A stretch of DNA of 60,037 nt, counting the filler, from Hausera hauseri (lineage: Eukaryota), in assembly GCA_046269625.1 (NCBI GenBank). It is 10 parts of 10 records of this genome, joined end to end, with 100 filler letters (N's around TTAATTAATTAA, not from the genome) between each part and the next. Parts side by side here need not be neighbours in the genome. Positions count along the whole stretch, not along the records: positions 35,360 to 41,236 come from JBJURY010175750.1; positions 41,337 to 45,839 come from JBJURY010551007.1; positions 45,940 to 49,956 come from JBJURY010816864.1; 7 more parts are not named here. The stretch is one strand, 5' to 3'. A program made the translations under genes and the position numbers. Of the stretch, positions 38,301-50,056 are shown piece after piece. A model generated the notes under the pieces. The model had not been told where the DNA came from. It did no database searches and worked only from the letters and a program-made list of their open reading frames with translations. The number at the start of each line of letters is the position of its first letter. The first letter of the stretch is position 1.

Positions 38301-41236
38301 TCTTCAAGTTTAATTTACAACTTTCTCTAAATTTTATTACTTGTTTGAAAGATTCAAAGCACTTATAATAGAGCACATAAAATTTTGATTTATCTTCTTT
38401 AATTAATATGTTCTACGATTTCTCAACAAGTTCCTTTATTATGTTTTGTATAATTTTACCTCCCTTAGATCTCTTCCGTTTTATTAGCGGATTCCTACTA
38501 ATCCCTTTTGAATATTTCCCAATTATTCGTTTGGTAAATTTTGAAATTTTACTGACTAAATTTATTGTTAAAATGACTCACGAACTTGTTGAAGTATAAT
38601 TTTTCACAAGTATTAATCTTCCAAACATATTTGAAAAATGTCATGATTTCACAGACTTATTTTATCAAGCATACAACTGTTTGAATCCATGACGACATGC
38701 GTAGAAAAAAAATAGAAAAACCGAACTATAATACTATTCATATTACTTCCATCTTTTTTAATTTTATCTCGTTCCTTTCCTTCTTAGTTTTGTTACTTTC
38801 GTTTTTTTTATGTAAATAAAATATCTACAAACTTTTTCAACGATAAGATTTCATTATAATATGTAAATTCATAAATTTACCATACATTATAACTCTTGAA
38901 GTTTGATCGGATCCTTTTATAGTTTTTTCGATTGTTGTATATTTCAGAAACAGAAAATTCTGACTGTTAGTATTTCCAGAACTGAGACATTCTCTCGTTT
39001 ATCACTCACATTTCCTTCAGTAATAATCAAATTCGTTGACTGCAATACAATTAAATATATCTGACTTCAAAGAAACCAAATTGGACGAAATTTTGTATGT
39101 TTTTCTCCAACCAATTTTGTCGGAATTTCTCCATAAATTCAAACGAAGAACTATATGTGTTGTCTTTAGAGTCTACTACATCCGCACGGATATAACTTTT
39201 TATTGACAAAGCCTTTTTTCTTGAAATAATCCCATTTCTTGAACTCTTCTGTTTCAAGACTTTTTGGATCATTATTTCACATTTCGAATTTATAATTAAT
39301 TGAATTGAATTCAATCATTATCATTGAATTCATTATCACGCTGCCATGCGTAATAAAGAATTCAATCAGCATTTCCTTGTTAATGGGCCGACACCCGATT
39401 CTCAGCCGGGTGGGAAGAATTCAGAGGAGTGAGGAAACCCCGAAATAACTCAAGACAATGTCTAAAATGTGTCATTTCATATTCATAAAATAAACTTCAT
39501 CACATTTTGTATTAATTTGTGTTCTGCTATTTTAATTTTACCACAACTCTGTACGCACTTGTTGTTTGCTGTTCTCAAATTTGTATGATTATATAAACAT
39601 TTATGCTTTGTTGTTTTACCCATTTCTTTTTAATATTACAATGATTTGTAACGGGTTAAGCATTGAATCCTGACTATGGATTCTATAAGTTTTTCCTTCT
39701 ATAACTCATCGTGCATTACTTCGTCATCTTTATTGAAATCCAACTGTAAGATAAGTCTATCCTATAACCGATGAATCTTTCATTAAATACTCGAACAATT
39801 ATTCGTTTAGTTGACATTCCTTCGGAATCAATTCTTCGAACATTCATTTAAAGTTGTGATCTAGCCAACTTACACAAGTATCATCTGGTAGTACATTGAC
39901 AGTTATATTTACTAGATTTTGGAATATGAATAAACAGTACAACTACATTTATCAAACTACATGAATCAAGCTACATTCATCTTGTTAATAAGAACTATTA
40001 TAACTCCTCTTCCATGGGTCTATAACTATGTTATTCTTCGACATCAAATTAATTTCATATTAAATATTTACTTCATTTGTTCGCTCGATATTCTACTGAA
40101 GAAAGTATCTATTATTTGAAAACATCAGAACTATGACGACACCTCTAATGGATAAAATCATCACTGAGGTGGGTAAACAGACGATTACTCTGGAATAGTA
40201 ACTGCCTTATTACGGTTGCAGCTAAATATTTTCTTTTCCTAAGCATTCCATCAGTTCTTTTATCATCCTCACGTTCCCATTTGCTTCTTGAATATAATTT
40301 GCCCCCTTGTATTAATGCATTAATAGCAACTGTTTCCCTTTTTCCGGTTCTCCGAATGTCGACAAGAATCATGTGACATTTACGTATCAGTCACAACATA
40401 TTTTCTATATTTCATACATATTCATACATGCATTTTTATAGTCATTCGTATTTCACATTCCCAACTATAGAGACAACATCTTAAACATAAAAACTATATG
40501 TACAATATATATACAATTTTAGCATACACACTCATTCAAATATATTCAATACATTATACACAAACTGTATTTGTCCTAACATTTCCAATTGGTATTGGCC
40601 GGATCACCCAACTGTGCTGTCGGTATACAACAGAGACAACACTTTAAATACACTAAAGTGTGAGTTTTGAACCAAGCAGTAGATTTCTTGTCGATAGAAG
40701 GTATGTCAACACAAAATGATAGCACCGCAGTGGCGTGCCAAAGATTTGCCAACAGAGGATATATCAGAGACGATGAAAAAATATTGAAATCTAATTTCAC
40801 GGGATTTTAACTCCCCTTCGGCACGTCAGCGCAGCGCCGCACAATGCTTCACTACTATTCTAAATAGCAGAATTGAACAGAATAGAGTAAACATGTATCC
40901 GATCCATAATACTGACTGTAGTAATGCTTCAACCATGCAAGAATATACTGTAACTGTTGTGCATGAAATTCGAATTCTACCTAACAATTAGTCACAAAGC
41001 TGAAAATCCCTGAAATTTTTTTGTTCTGTATGATATTAAAATAATATTAGATTTATAATTATTAAGTTACAAATACCATTTACATAATAGAAATTAACCA
41101 ATGTTTTAGTTTGGACATCAAAAAACCAAATTTAAAAATGAGATGAAATAACTTTATTTGTTAAAAGATTGAGTAACTATTCGACTCCAAAATTCTTATT
41201 TGTCATTAAAAATAACGTTCTGAAAGAATATCAACA
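35360..41236. repeat. Contig 6 has an exact 77-bp terminal direct repeat (35360-35436 = 41160-41236): a 5,800-bp circular or tandem unit
   Basis: Identical GTTAAAAGATTGAG...GAATATCAACA at both ends. Confidence 0.95.
35584..37017 (-). CDS. Ankyrin-repeat DHHC palmitoyl acyltransferase (HIP14/Akr1, ZDHHC13/17-like); last large exon, 5' exon(s) upstream
   Basis: Ankyrin repeats (GQTCLHLAC, NTCLHLAI); several TM helices; DPG; intact Cys-rich domain CTFC..RP...KHCKLCEDCIVDMDHHCLFLMKCIG.NN; open 474-aa frame; splice acceptor TTTTACATTTTAG before 37017; AATAAA just after the stop. Confidence 0.93.
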   Translation of the reverse strand, partial: GQNLAHCAVISGSVPALLWIESFTELSFVSKDNFGQTCLHLACVHGKIDCIRFLLRKSRTNILDRTRQNRNTCLHLAIENRQLQCVPLLVFHNVERMPMFDVDLLLTQEDSTVVFAKNSENKTPADAYSKLPDDYKSQNWHFTMLFFVLQIMSLAQLRINFKMYRFVLFFLPFSIFLFTIFLSHYFVQHDYIIFAVCSIAMSVFVISQGHRVNVVVIDQNPIFAGAYFAGFTHDLIVFCIKIYPKMNGTEWQLLLIYCLLPLFFLCYLRIVIVDPGRLKISEIEYSNFRDFFNEFHRMLKSGIKSMNAIPYDRFCTFCEVYPRPKQVKHCKLCEDCIVDMDHHCLFLMKCIGRNNMRNFIFLLFHSASLMALFINISIRYLSISCGQVSGANPFEYAVCSYRMQPWITTGIIMNFLSCLWCLYILYYQLSVIGYNSTSYFYSKYHPNVTRSRRLFLIIYFLVRGVFYNREKKDVINF

Positions 41237-41336
41237 NNNNNNNNNNNNNNNNNNNNNNNNNNNNNNNNNNNNNNNNNNNNTTAATTAATTAANNNNNNNN
41301 NNNNNNNNNNNNNNNNNNNNNNNNNNNNNNNNNNNN

Positions 41337-41861
41337 GGTCGCCAAAACAAATTCTTTATGAAGCAAGGCAACAAACGCTGAATAAATGTACTACCGGATA
41401 TTATTCATGCATACAATCATTCGACACCTCTTGGCATCAATGGATTACGGCCGGTTGACATAAACGAAGATTTGGACATGTGTTGTTATCAAAACCGAAC
41501 ACAACAATATGCAATTAAACGCCCAAAATATAAAATCGGCGCTTACATACGTATTTCGAAAATAAGTACGACTTCATTCATTAAGAATATCAATCAGAAC
41601 TGGAGCAATGAGGTTTTCCGCATTTCGACAATCAACACAAAACAAACAACTGCCATGTACGTTTTAGAGGATGAAAACGATGAGGAAATACGCAGTAAAT
41701 TCTACAAACAGGAACTGCAGATACTGCCCGAGAAACGCGATATATATCGTATTCAGGAAATTTTACGTTCAGGCTGTAAAAGTTCGAATAAACAATACCT
41801 CGTCAAGTGGCACGTATATACTACACCGAGTTGGATTTTTGCACCGCAGATTGAGCGATGA
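41337..41861 (+). pseudogene. Maverick retroviral-like integrase C-terminus with chromodomain
   Basis: LPDIIHAYN..H, KYKIG..IRISK, F.K...NWS.EVF, FYKQELQ, YLVKW...SWI. Confidence 0.92.
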
Positions 41862-43214
41862 ACATTTATTTGATACTTGATAGTAACAGATTATCAGAAC
41901 ATTAAAACAACAATAACAATACCGCTGAACGGTTTACCATGGCGTTGGACCAGCCGCTCGACATATGCCAGGATCCTTGGAAGTGGCTTTGGCGCAATTC
42001 ACGTTTGCATTTTCACCAATAACAATACGTGAGAACAGTGGAATATACTATACCCTAGTAGGACAATCTCCTGCATCTAGTCCTTTGCAGTTAGTACGAG
42101 ACTCTAATGGAACATTTCATGTTCACAATTACAAGCGGCAATATTTTTCGTTTTATATTTTTCATTTAAACTCTCAATTGGTGTAAAAACACAAACATCC
42201 GATGGAATTGCAATTTAAATCACTAGCCCACGCTAAGGCATGGGGTTTTCAATCTGTCAGTGGGCGCTCGAAAGGTCTACAGCTCAGTGGGCAGAGTATA
42301 ATTAGTGAAAAATTGAACTTTTTTACTGCGAAAACCACCGATATTACAGTGAACTGGCAAAAGACTGAATCATTCATTTACTCACATGTAAAAGGAATTG
42401 GTTTTCTTATGGAAACCGAAACAGAAATGTGTGCAAACATCAAGGCAGTAGCTAAATTGGCTCTCAAGACATTTGAATTAAACTATGATGGTCGTATTTC
42501 GTTTACACTATACGATAATGTTACAAGGACTTGTCAAGGGGTTGTCAATTAGTCAATGTACACTCAAAACGTCTACGGCTAGATGGACATGTTATAATTG
42601 GTGAAAAATTGGACCTTTCATCCTATGCGGAATCCGATATTATAATAAAGTGGACTAAGTCAGAATCAGTCTTCCGTTCATATATTATACCACACGATTT
42701 ATTAATGGAAACAGAACTGCATTTATGTGAGTACGTCAAGAAAACGGCTACATTAGCCGTAAAGACATGTAAAATAAACGCAGATGGTCATATTTCGATT
42801 ACACGCCATGACAATGTTACATATTTTGCCTTTGATTAATTATTGGCTCGGAATTTGGGTTTTTCAAAACGCGAATTATATCAAAACATTGTTGGACAAT
42901 ACATTGTTGCCAAATACAAACCAAAACTCTATGGAGCAATTCATAGAATCAACATTTTAACGGACTTAACCGAATCCGTACTCGTTGGTGGAGAACGTAA
43001 ACAACGACTGGCTTCTATTGAACTAGATTCTGACACGTACAAAACATCGGGTGAAACTGTTCGCATTAATATGCTCAGACTCATGTACTTATCATTGTCT
43101 CACAATATTGCACACAATATTTCCATGTATATGCTTGATGAATTTTTGGAACCCATTAAATTTCTGTTTGGATCAACGAGACATTTCACGTTACATCTTT
43201 GTCGTCGTCACTAA
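41858..43214 (+). pseudogene. Minor capsid (penton-like) protein 1 with internal domain duplication
   Basis: ATGA overlap with the integrase stop; MNIYLILDSN, EVALAQF, LARNLGF, TDL.ESVLVG, MYL, TLHL.RR. Confidence 0.8.
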
Positions 43215-43257
43215 CTGCGTCATCACTATCATCATCATTATCACCATCATCGAGATC

Positions 43258-44344
43258 ATGGGTATTTACATGGTGTTGCCGAGCAACAGTTGTCCGACTA
43301 CTCATCCGAACAAATTTAGCCTGTGAATACGTTGTAGATCGGAACAATCCTTTCAATTTATCTGGAAAATGGGAGGTTGCACTGACGGAATTTAACTTTC
43401 CCTACGCATCAGTGGCATTGAAAGGTAGTGTGATAATAACGTACAACAACACTGTTACTGAAACTAAAATGCATTCTTGTCCTCTGACACTTGCTAACAA
43501 TAAAATAACAGTTGGAGAATCGGCCATTTGTACGACCAAAGCAAATTACGGTATATTCGGCAAAATTGGTGTTTTTATTTTAGATCAAAACTTACATTTT
43601 ATGGCAAATTTTGAATTTACTGTTACGTTTGAGTCCTCTGAGATGGCGTAAAAATTTGGATTCAAAAATACAAAGTACAAAGGTACAAATATTAAAAGTG
43701 AAAACACAGTTGCTCCAAGATTAAGTCCCGTATATTACCAGACAACGGAAAAATTTACCTATACAGCATAAAGGGTGTCAACATCATACGTATCAATTGC
43801 AGACAATATTTATTGCGAATCTGTAGCACATCTCTGTCAACACTTTTCTTCAAATCAAAAGTACAAGGAGATATTTAAAGTTTTCGAGTCAGATGCAAAT
43901 GGGTACATTAAATTTGAACTCGCTAAGGATATTGTTGAAATTTCATTAGAAAAAGCTTTGGCCATGATATTGGGTTTTGAATAACAGCGGTTTGAAGCAT
44001 CGACGGCGGCGGCACATGTTGCAATACTTAAACCCAAACTGAAAACGGGACTAAGTCAAATGTATATTTGCGTGAACGTCACCGAACCGATTTTGGTCGG
44101 TGGAGTACGTGTACGGCTACGCCATGCAATTTATCCGGAAAGCAGCAAGTATACTGTTGGCGACAATGTTACTGTCAAGCTCGATAATCCAATGTACCTA
44201 CCTGTGGCATGTACATCTATAAATAATGCTGAAGTGAATATCCGATGTCTCGCGGGCTAAATTATTGAATTTCTGTACGGAACCACTACCAGTCTAACTC
44301 TTCATTTCCGTCGAATTCTACAACAGCAACAACAACATGATTGA
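43258..44344 (+). pseudogene. Minor capsid (penton-like) protein 2
   Basis: MGIYMVLPSN, GKWEVALTEF, LAMILGF, MYIC..TEPILVG, NPMYLPV, LTLHFRR. Confidence 0.85.
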
Positions 44345-44668
44345 TTGTGAAATCGTTTTCATTTACAGTAAACTCCAGCAAGGCGGTGAACTGCCGTATT
44401 TCGTTGGTAAACAGTACGGCTCTGGAAGTTTGCATACATTCGCACGTTTAGCGTTTCCGGTGTTGAAGCGTATTGGAGCCGTGGCAGCAAAAACAGCGCA
44501 GAACGTACTACATGAAAACAAATCGATTTTACCATCATTGAAGAAACACGCCTTGTCAGAAAAATCGTCAAAAAACAATTCGCTGGCAGTGACTTGAGAA
44601 AACGCCATAGAGCATCACCGAGCTCATCAACTATAAACAAACGTCGTCGTCATACGATTTTCATTTGA
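44337..44668 (+). pseudogene. Small basic core-like virion protein
   Basis: QQGGELPYFVGKQYGSG...FARLAFPVLK; Gly-flanked putative maturation-protease sites; basic tail ending ..RRRHTIF. Confidence 0.7.
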
Positions 44669-44687
44669 TTGATTAATTCATAGACAA

Positions 44688-45839
44688 ATGGAATATGCAA
44701 AATCTGAATTGTGCATATTCGACAAAGCGGCGCCACAAGTTGTTATTGGAAATGCGGAATTTAAAGAAATCTACCCCGTTGATTGGGTTTGAACGGTCGA
44801 CAACATTGACATTCAATTCAACATTATGGCATCGGCAATGAATACCTGGATTGTAACGATAGGCTACTCTGTGTAAAAGTCATTGTTAAGAATTCGTCAA
44901 CAGTTTGCGCTGCAACAGACACTATCACACCGGCCAATTACATTTTCCTGACACTGTTCCAGGAGGCTTTACTGACTCTGAACAGCGTCAAAATCGAAGA
45001 CAACACCAGTCTATACAGTGTCAAAGCACTCATTGAAACGGCTCTGAATTACATCGCAGACACGAAAACGATTCATTTTATAAAAACCATCGGATACAAT
45101 GCCACAGCGGCAAACCGTCAGGCAAGGGTGGCAGAATCAAAAGCGCTTACAATATGTGGACCGCTGTACTTTGACTTTTTTGATCAGCCGAAATACCTAC
45201 TGCCTGGTGTTAAAGCCATGATTGGGCTCAAACGCAGCGACAATATTTTTTGTTTAAAAACTGCCGTTGCACAGCTTAAACCCATACTGAAAATTACCGA
45301 GGCACGATTATACGTACGTCGAGTAAAGGTAAAACCATCTGTGCTCATGGGACATCGATTCGGCTTGGAAACGCAAAATGCATGCCACCCATTACAACGC
45401 ACAGAACTCTTGTTTTACACCATACCAAAAGGTTCAACTACGTTTCACAAAGATGCACTGTTTGGCAACATGTGATTGACGATATTTGTGCTCGATACAT
45501 TTCAAAGGACTGTTCAACAAACGGGCAGTTATACCACCAATTCGGAAACGTTTACCCATAGCAATGTGAATTACACCAGTTTGGGTCGGAATGCGGATTT
45601 GTTGAGACGTACAGACAAGACTTTGAGTCTAATGATTATACTTGAACATATATGCAATCTATCGTGCGCAACATAGGTTTGATGAACAAAAATATCAACA
45701 ATGGCATATCGATGGATTTGTTTAAGTCCACATATCCATTCTTCACCTTTATCCTAGCTGCAGATTATGACGTTGAACAGACTCAACTACCTCAGCAGGG
45801 AAACCTACGACTGGAGGTTCACTTTGCTAAAGCGTTGGA
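44688..45839 (+). pseudogene. Major capsid protein (double jelly-roll), cut by contig end
   Basis: MEYAKSELCIF..Q..I...EIYP, PLYFDFFDQPKYLLPGV, ARLYVRRVKV, GNLRLEVHFAKAL. Confidence 0.9.
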
Positions 45840-45939
45840 NNNNNNNNNNNNNNNNNNNNNNNNNNNNNNNNNNNNNNNNNNNNTTAATTAATTAANNNNN
45901 NNNNNNNNNNNNNNNNNNNNNNNNNNNNNNNNNNNNNNN

Positions 45940-46800
45940 TGGGTTCTGGCTCAGTTCTTGATTTCCAGCTATGTAATCTTGTCTAATTCATAGTCTCTTC
46001 AAAGCTTTTTGCGCTCGGAATCCGGTAACAATGTATCCATATAAGCAATGGCTTATTTCTTCTTGGATCTCCAAAAGATCCTTTTCTTTTTCCAGATGTA
46101 TTTTCGTTATTACTGTAACGTCGGGGAAAGTATTTTTTATCCTAGCTCGAGGTGCTATTATTTTATTTATAATCTCTTATCCATTAGTATTTCTAATTGA
46201 GACCTCAATCGGAACATACCATCCGTCGTCCTTTTCTCCATAGTTTACGGCTAATATTCGGGTATTTCGGCCATCTGGGACTAATCTATAAGATTCCCCA
46301 TTTTGCTCTATTTTATCTTCCGATGGTTTCTGTACATATAATAACCGTGGTAGTGGCTTCATTACTTCTGTTCGCCACGTCATCTCGATCATGATTTTGG
46401 TTGGAAGGTCCGCGATCCTGAATTCCGGAGCATAATTCATGAGGCTGTAGCAACATAGCTCATAAGTGCTAAATTTCCACTGCTGCCCTTTTTGCGTACT
46501 CCAGGACTGTCCTACGATCCTATACTGAATTTCTCCATCAGCGAAATATATGTACAATTGCTGATGTGTCGGCTCATATGGAATTAAATCTCTTAAAAGG
46601 TATGCTCGTGCATCCTTTGGATTTCGCATGGCATATAATCGAACTAGTCAATTCTCTTCTAGACCTCATTTTAATCCATTTGGTATTTTACTCTCTTGGT
46701 TGTTCTCTATATAGTTCTGGGTTTTCAGGTTTTCTCCAATTTATCGGTACAGAATTTTGGACAGTGATTTGAGAACATTGACGTGCTGCTGTAGGAAATC
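45940..46800 (-). pseudogene. Second unknown ORF downstream of the membrane protein in element D
   Basis: 150-aa ORF 46177-46629 continues past a stop to the contig end; an upstream frame carries RSRR; acceptor-like TTTATTTTTATTTTAG near 46862. Confidence 0.5.
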
Positions 46801-46956
46801 ATCTATATCGAAATTGCAACTGATTTCTGAATTTTTCGCCTTCTCGGTCATACTTACTCTGCTAAAATAAAAATAAAGGTTAATCCTGAGACAAATCATC
46901 GTTTTGAAGCAAAACATTTTCTCTGTCTGATGATAAAATAACCCGATCTGTAGTTG

Positions 46957-48336
46957 TTATGTTATGCTATAATAAGGTCCGTCTTGGTGCCCTTCTACCC
47001 TTTTATTTCCCCTCCGATTTTTACAGCGCTTATTACAATTTTTGGAAACTAGAAAAATCATCGCCGTTAATATGATAAGAATGAAAATTGACAAACTTAA
47101 TATAGCTATAGTCGGTAAATTGTTTGTCTCGATGGATCCCCTTGTGGTCAAAGCATTTTGCATACTCAGATCTCTATACTGCATTACTTTGATCTGGTCA
47201 TCTAGAGTCCGCACTGTATAAGTTTTAGGGTGCTTACCCTTTGCGATGATTGTGACTATATAATCATGTTGCGGCCGTAATGAACTTCATTCGGTTTCCT
47301 GACTATTCCTTTTCAGGGTCACGACTTGGTTTGTGTGCAAGGTGCGACATTCAATTTTGACGTCTTAATTTAACGTCTCTTCAGCGAAAAATAGAATTCT
47401 ATAGCTTTTTGCCAAAATCTTAAACGGTATGCTTCCTAGTTCTTTCTCTAGTATTTCATCCGAAGTTACAATCGTAGTAGTCAGAGTTGTGCTTGGAACT
47501 GTAGATGGTCTTCTTGTAGTCGTTGGGAAAGGAAGCTCCCATATTCCATTTTCCGAACGATATCCCCGTAAATAGGTACTTTGCTCTCCGGGGTACGTAT
47601 TATACAAATCGAGTTGCAACTAATACTCCTGTCCTAGTTGCAGTACGCAGCACACAGTAGGTCGTCGTCTGGCCAAATAATAATATTTCGGAATATGAAC
47701 TGAGACGTTTAATGGTATAAATCGGACAGAAATTTGTCTGTCTCTAGGCAGTTCCACCTTAGTTTTAATTCGAATACATTGGTTTATTAAGTCCTTTGAA
47801 ATCCCAATAATGTTATAGTCTAAGAGTCTTTTAAATGGGTCAGTGTTTCGAATTATTTAGTCCGTCTTGGCTCGATTTGCTTCCTTCGGTTGGGGCATTC
47901 TTATTGAGAATTCTGTAATTATAGAAGTTTGAGCTCCAAACTGATTACAATAAAACATGTGAAATCTGTACCCGTAGGCTTTTCCAAAATCAAAATCACA
48001 ACATCTTTTGTGATATCCGTACGGAAAATCGCATGTTCTCATTGTGGATCTAGTTACAAATATTATTTAAAATTTCACATAACTCTGAATGGTTTCACTT
48101 GCTTCGAACCACGCGCATGGTTTGCTCCAATCCATATCGCGTACTTTAAGTGACTGTAGGTTTTGAATATCTCTTCGTCTTGCCGCATATTGTAATTTTT
48201 CGTCTTGATTTATCTCTTTTACCTTCGGTATATACGAAACGATTAATAATAAGACAAAGACTATTTGCACATATGATATCGGTCTAGTCACTATCGATGA
48301 CGTTTTCTTTTCCTTATTGGTTTCTCTCAAACGCAA
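46957..48336 (-). pseudogene. Type-I membrane protein in frame with the integrase tail: signal peptide, Cys-containing ectodomain, Thr-rich stalk, FN3-like domain, TM helix, short tail
   Basis: ORFs 48067-48336, 47857-48042, 47365-47619 and 46957-47214 share one frame; SYVQIVFVLLLIVS; PTTTRRPSTVPSTTLTTT; LRPQHDYIVTIIAKG...RTL; IAILSLSIFILIILTAMIFLV; YYSI. Confidence 0.75.
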
Positions 48337-49956
48337 ATTATAGAGTTTGTTTGGTATTATTTTTGTTTTAACTACTCTCTAAACCGATATGGCTTCTTTG
48401 CTGTTTATATTTACATAAATTGTGGTTGGTGCAACCTTAGTAACTTCATAAGGTCCTCTACCGGTTCTAGTAAGTTTGAGGGATGTGCCTTTTTTGCTAC
48501 TGAGTAATGTATGTAAACCCAGTTCCCGGGTTCAAAACCGTGTAGTTTAGTCTTCTTATCGTATTGCTTCTTGAATTGTTCATGGTATTCTTTAGATAAT
48601 TCCTTGGCTATCTCCCAACACTGGTGCAATCTTGATTGTATTACTTCAACAAAATTTTGTTCTAATTCTTCTGTTTGTGTTGTTTATGGACTCAGTCCTA
48701 GATTTGTAGGGAGCGCAGCTTCTCTTCCGTACATCATAAAAATGGAGTGAATCCTGTCGCGGGATGTGAAGTAGTATTAATTGCAAACTGTGTACCTTCT
48801 AAGAACTCATCCCAATCCTTTTGGTCTTTTGCGACTACCGTCGATAAAATTCGTGTAACTGTTGCGTTCATCCGCTCGAACATTCCGTTACATTGGGAAT
48901 GATAAGCTGTGGTAGTTAGTCGTTCAATCTCAAAAATTTTGGTAATTTTATAGAATAATTCACTCGTAAAGTTCCTTCCTCGGTCCGTCAGGATTTGTTC
49001 GGGTGGCCCATATCTGCAAATCATTTGCCGGACTACTACCTCTGCCAGAGTCTCTACCTTTTGGTCTATTAACGCTACAAGTTTGACGAAGTGAGTTAGT
49101 CGATCTACACAGATCAAAATATACTTGTTGTTTTTATGAGTCGTAAGTAATGGTCCTACAATATCCATAGACATTGCTTGCATTGTTCTATCAGGCACGT
49201 CGATAGGTTTAAGTTCGGCGATGTAGTTTTTTACTTTTTTTTGTTTAATTGCACACACCTCACAAGCGTTCACCCAATTCCTCACATCAATGTAAATGCT
49301 CGGCCAATAATATTTATTTAAGATTGTTTCTAGGGTTTTTTTCCACGACATTTGTCCGGCTAAATACAAATCGTGCTCGGCCATTAGTACTTCTGTACGC
49401 AATCGTTTTGGTATGACTACCAATTTTCGTTCCTTTCGTTCGTAGTATAACACATTTCCGTGGCTCAAATCTCTAGCGACGCGGTATTTTTGACCATATC
49501 GTCGTAGGTGTTTCCGTAACTGATGACCCTTGGATGTTACGTTGCTACCAACGAACTCGATAATCTGTTGTATAACCTTGTCTTTTCTCTGTTCGACAGC
49601 AATCTTCAATGTCTTATCCAGTGTAAGAGTCCGTTGTCTTTCTACCAAGTCTTCGAGGTGGGCTTTCCTTATTACCGTAACTGCGCTTGTTTTGGTTTTA
49701 AGTCTCGATAATGCGTCGGCGTCGACATGCTTATTTCCGGGTTTGTATTGGAATTCAATATTGTAATGGGAGATCTCCTCAATCCATCTGTTAAGTCTAC
49801 ATGTTGGATTATTCGCTCTACCCTTTAAAGTTCTAACTGCCTTATGATCGGTAACGATTACGATCTTTTGTCCGTATACGTACATGTTAAAATATCTTGG
49901 GGCCTCTTTCACTGCTTACGTTCTAGTTCCGTAACAGAATAGTTCTTCTTGGCTTT
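48337..49956 (-). pseudogene. Ty3/Gypsy element D: RNase H and integrase
   Basis: KKNYSVTELE, VTDHKA, YKPG..H.DADALSR, YYWP..CEVC, SMDIVGPL, ILTDRG.NF, TTAYH.QCNG.FER.N, GPY, YNLR. Confidence 0.95.
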
Positions 49957-50056
49957 NNNNNNNNNNNNNNNNNNNNNNNNNNNNNNNNNNNNNNNNNNNN
50001 TTAATTAATTAANNNNNNNNNNNNNNNNNNNNNNNNNNNNNNNNNNNNNNNNNNNN

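Larger units (their letters stand above)
41337..45839 (+). mobile_element. Polinton/Maverick (adintovirus-like) integrase and capsid module, decayed
   Basis: Integrase, minor capsid x2, core protein and major capsid in tightly packed or overlapping order. Confidence 0.92.

Noticed and set aside
39422-39445. Hammerhead-ribozyme-like core (CAGAGGAG...CGAAA)
   Set aside because: The CUGANGA box is mutated, stem II pairs poorly and I found no convincing stems I and III
38400-40850. Second gene or structured RNA within the circular contig
   Set aside because: Short frames and candidate tiny introns exist, but I could not assemble a consistent gene or recognise an RNA family
41337-49956. Polinton capsid module physically linked to Gypsy D and its membrane protein
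   Set aside because: Separated by an artificial linker (45840-45939); no evidence of linkage
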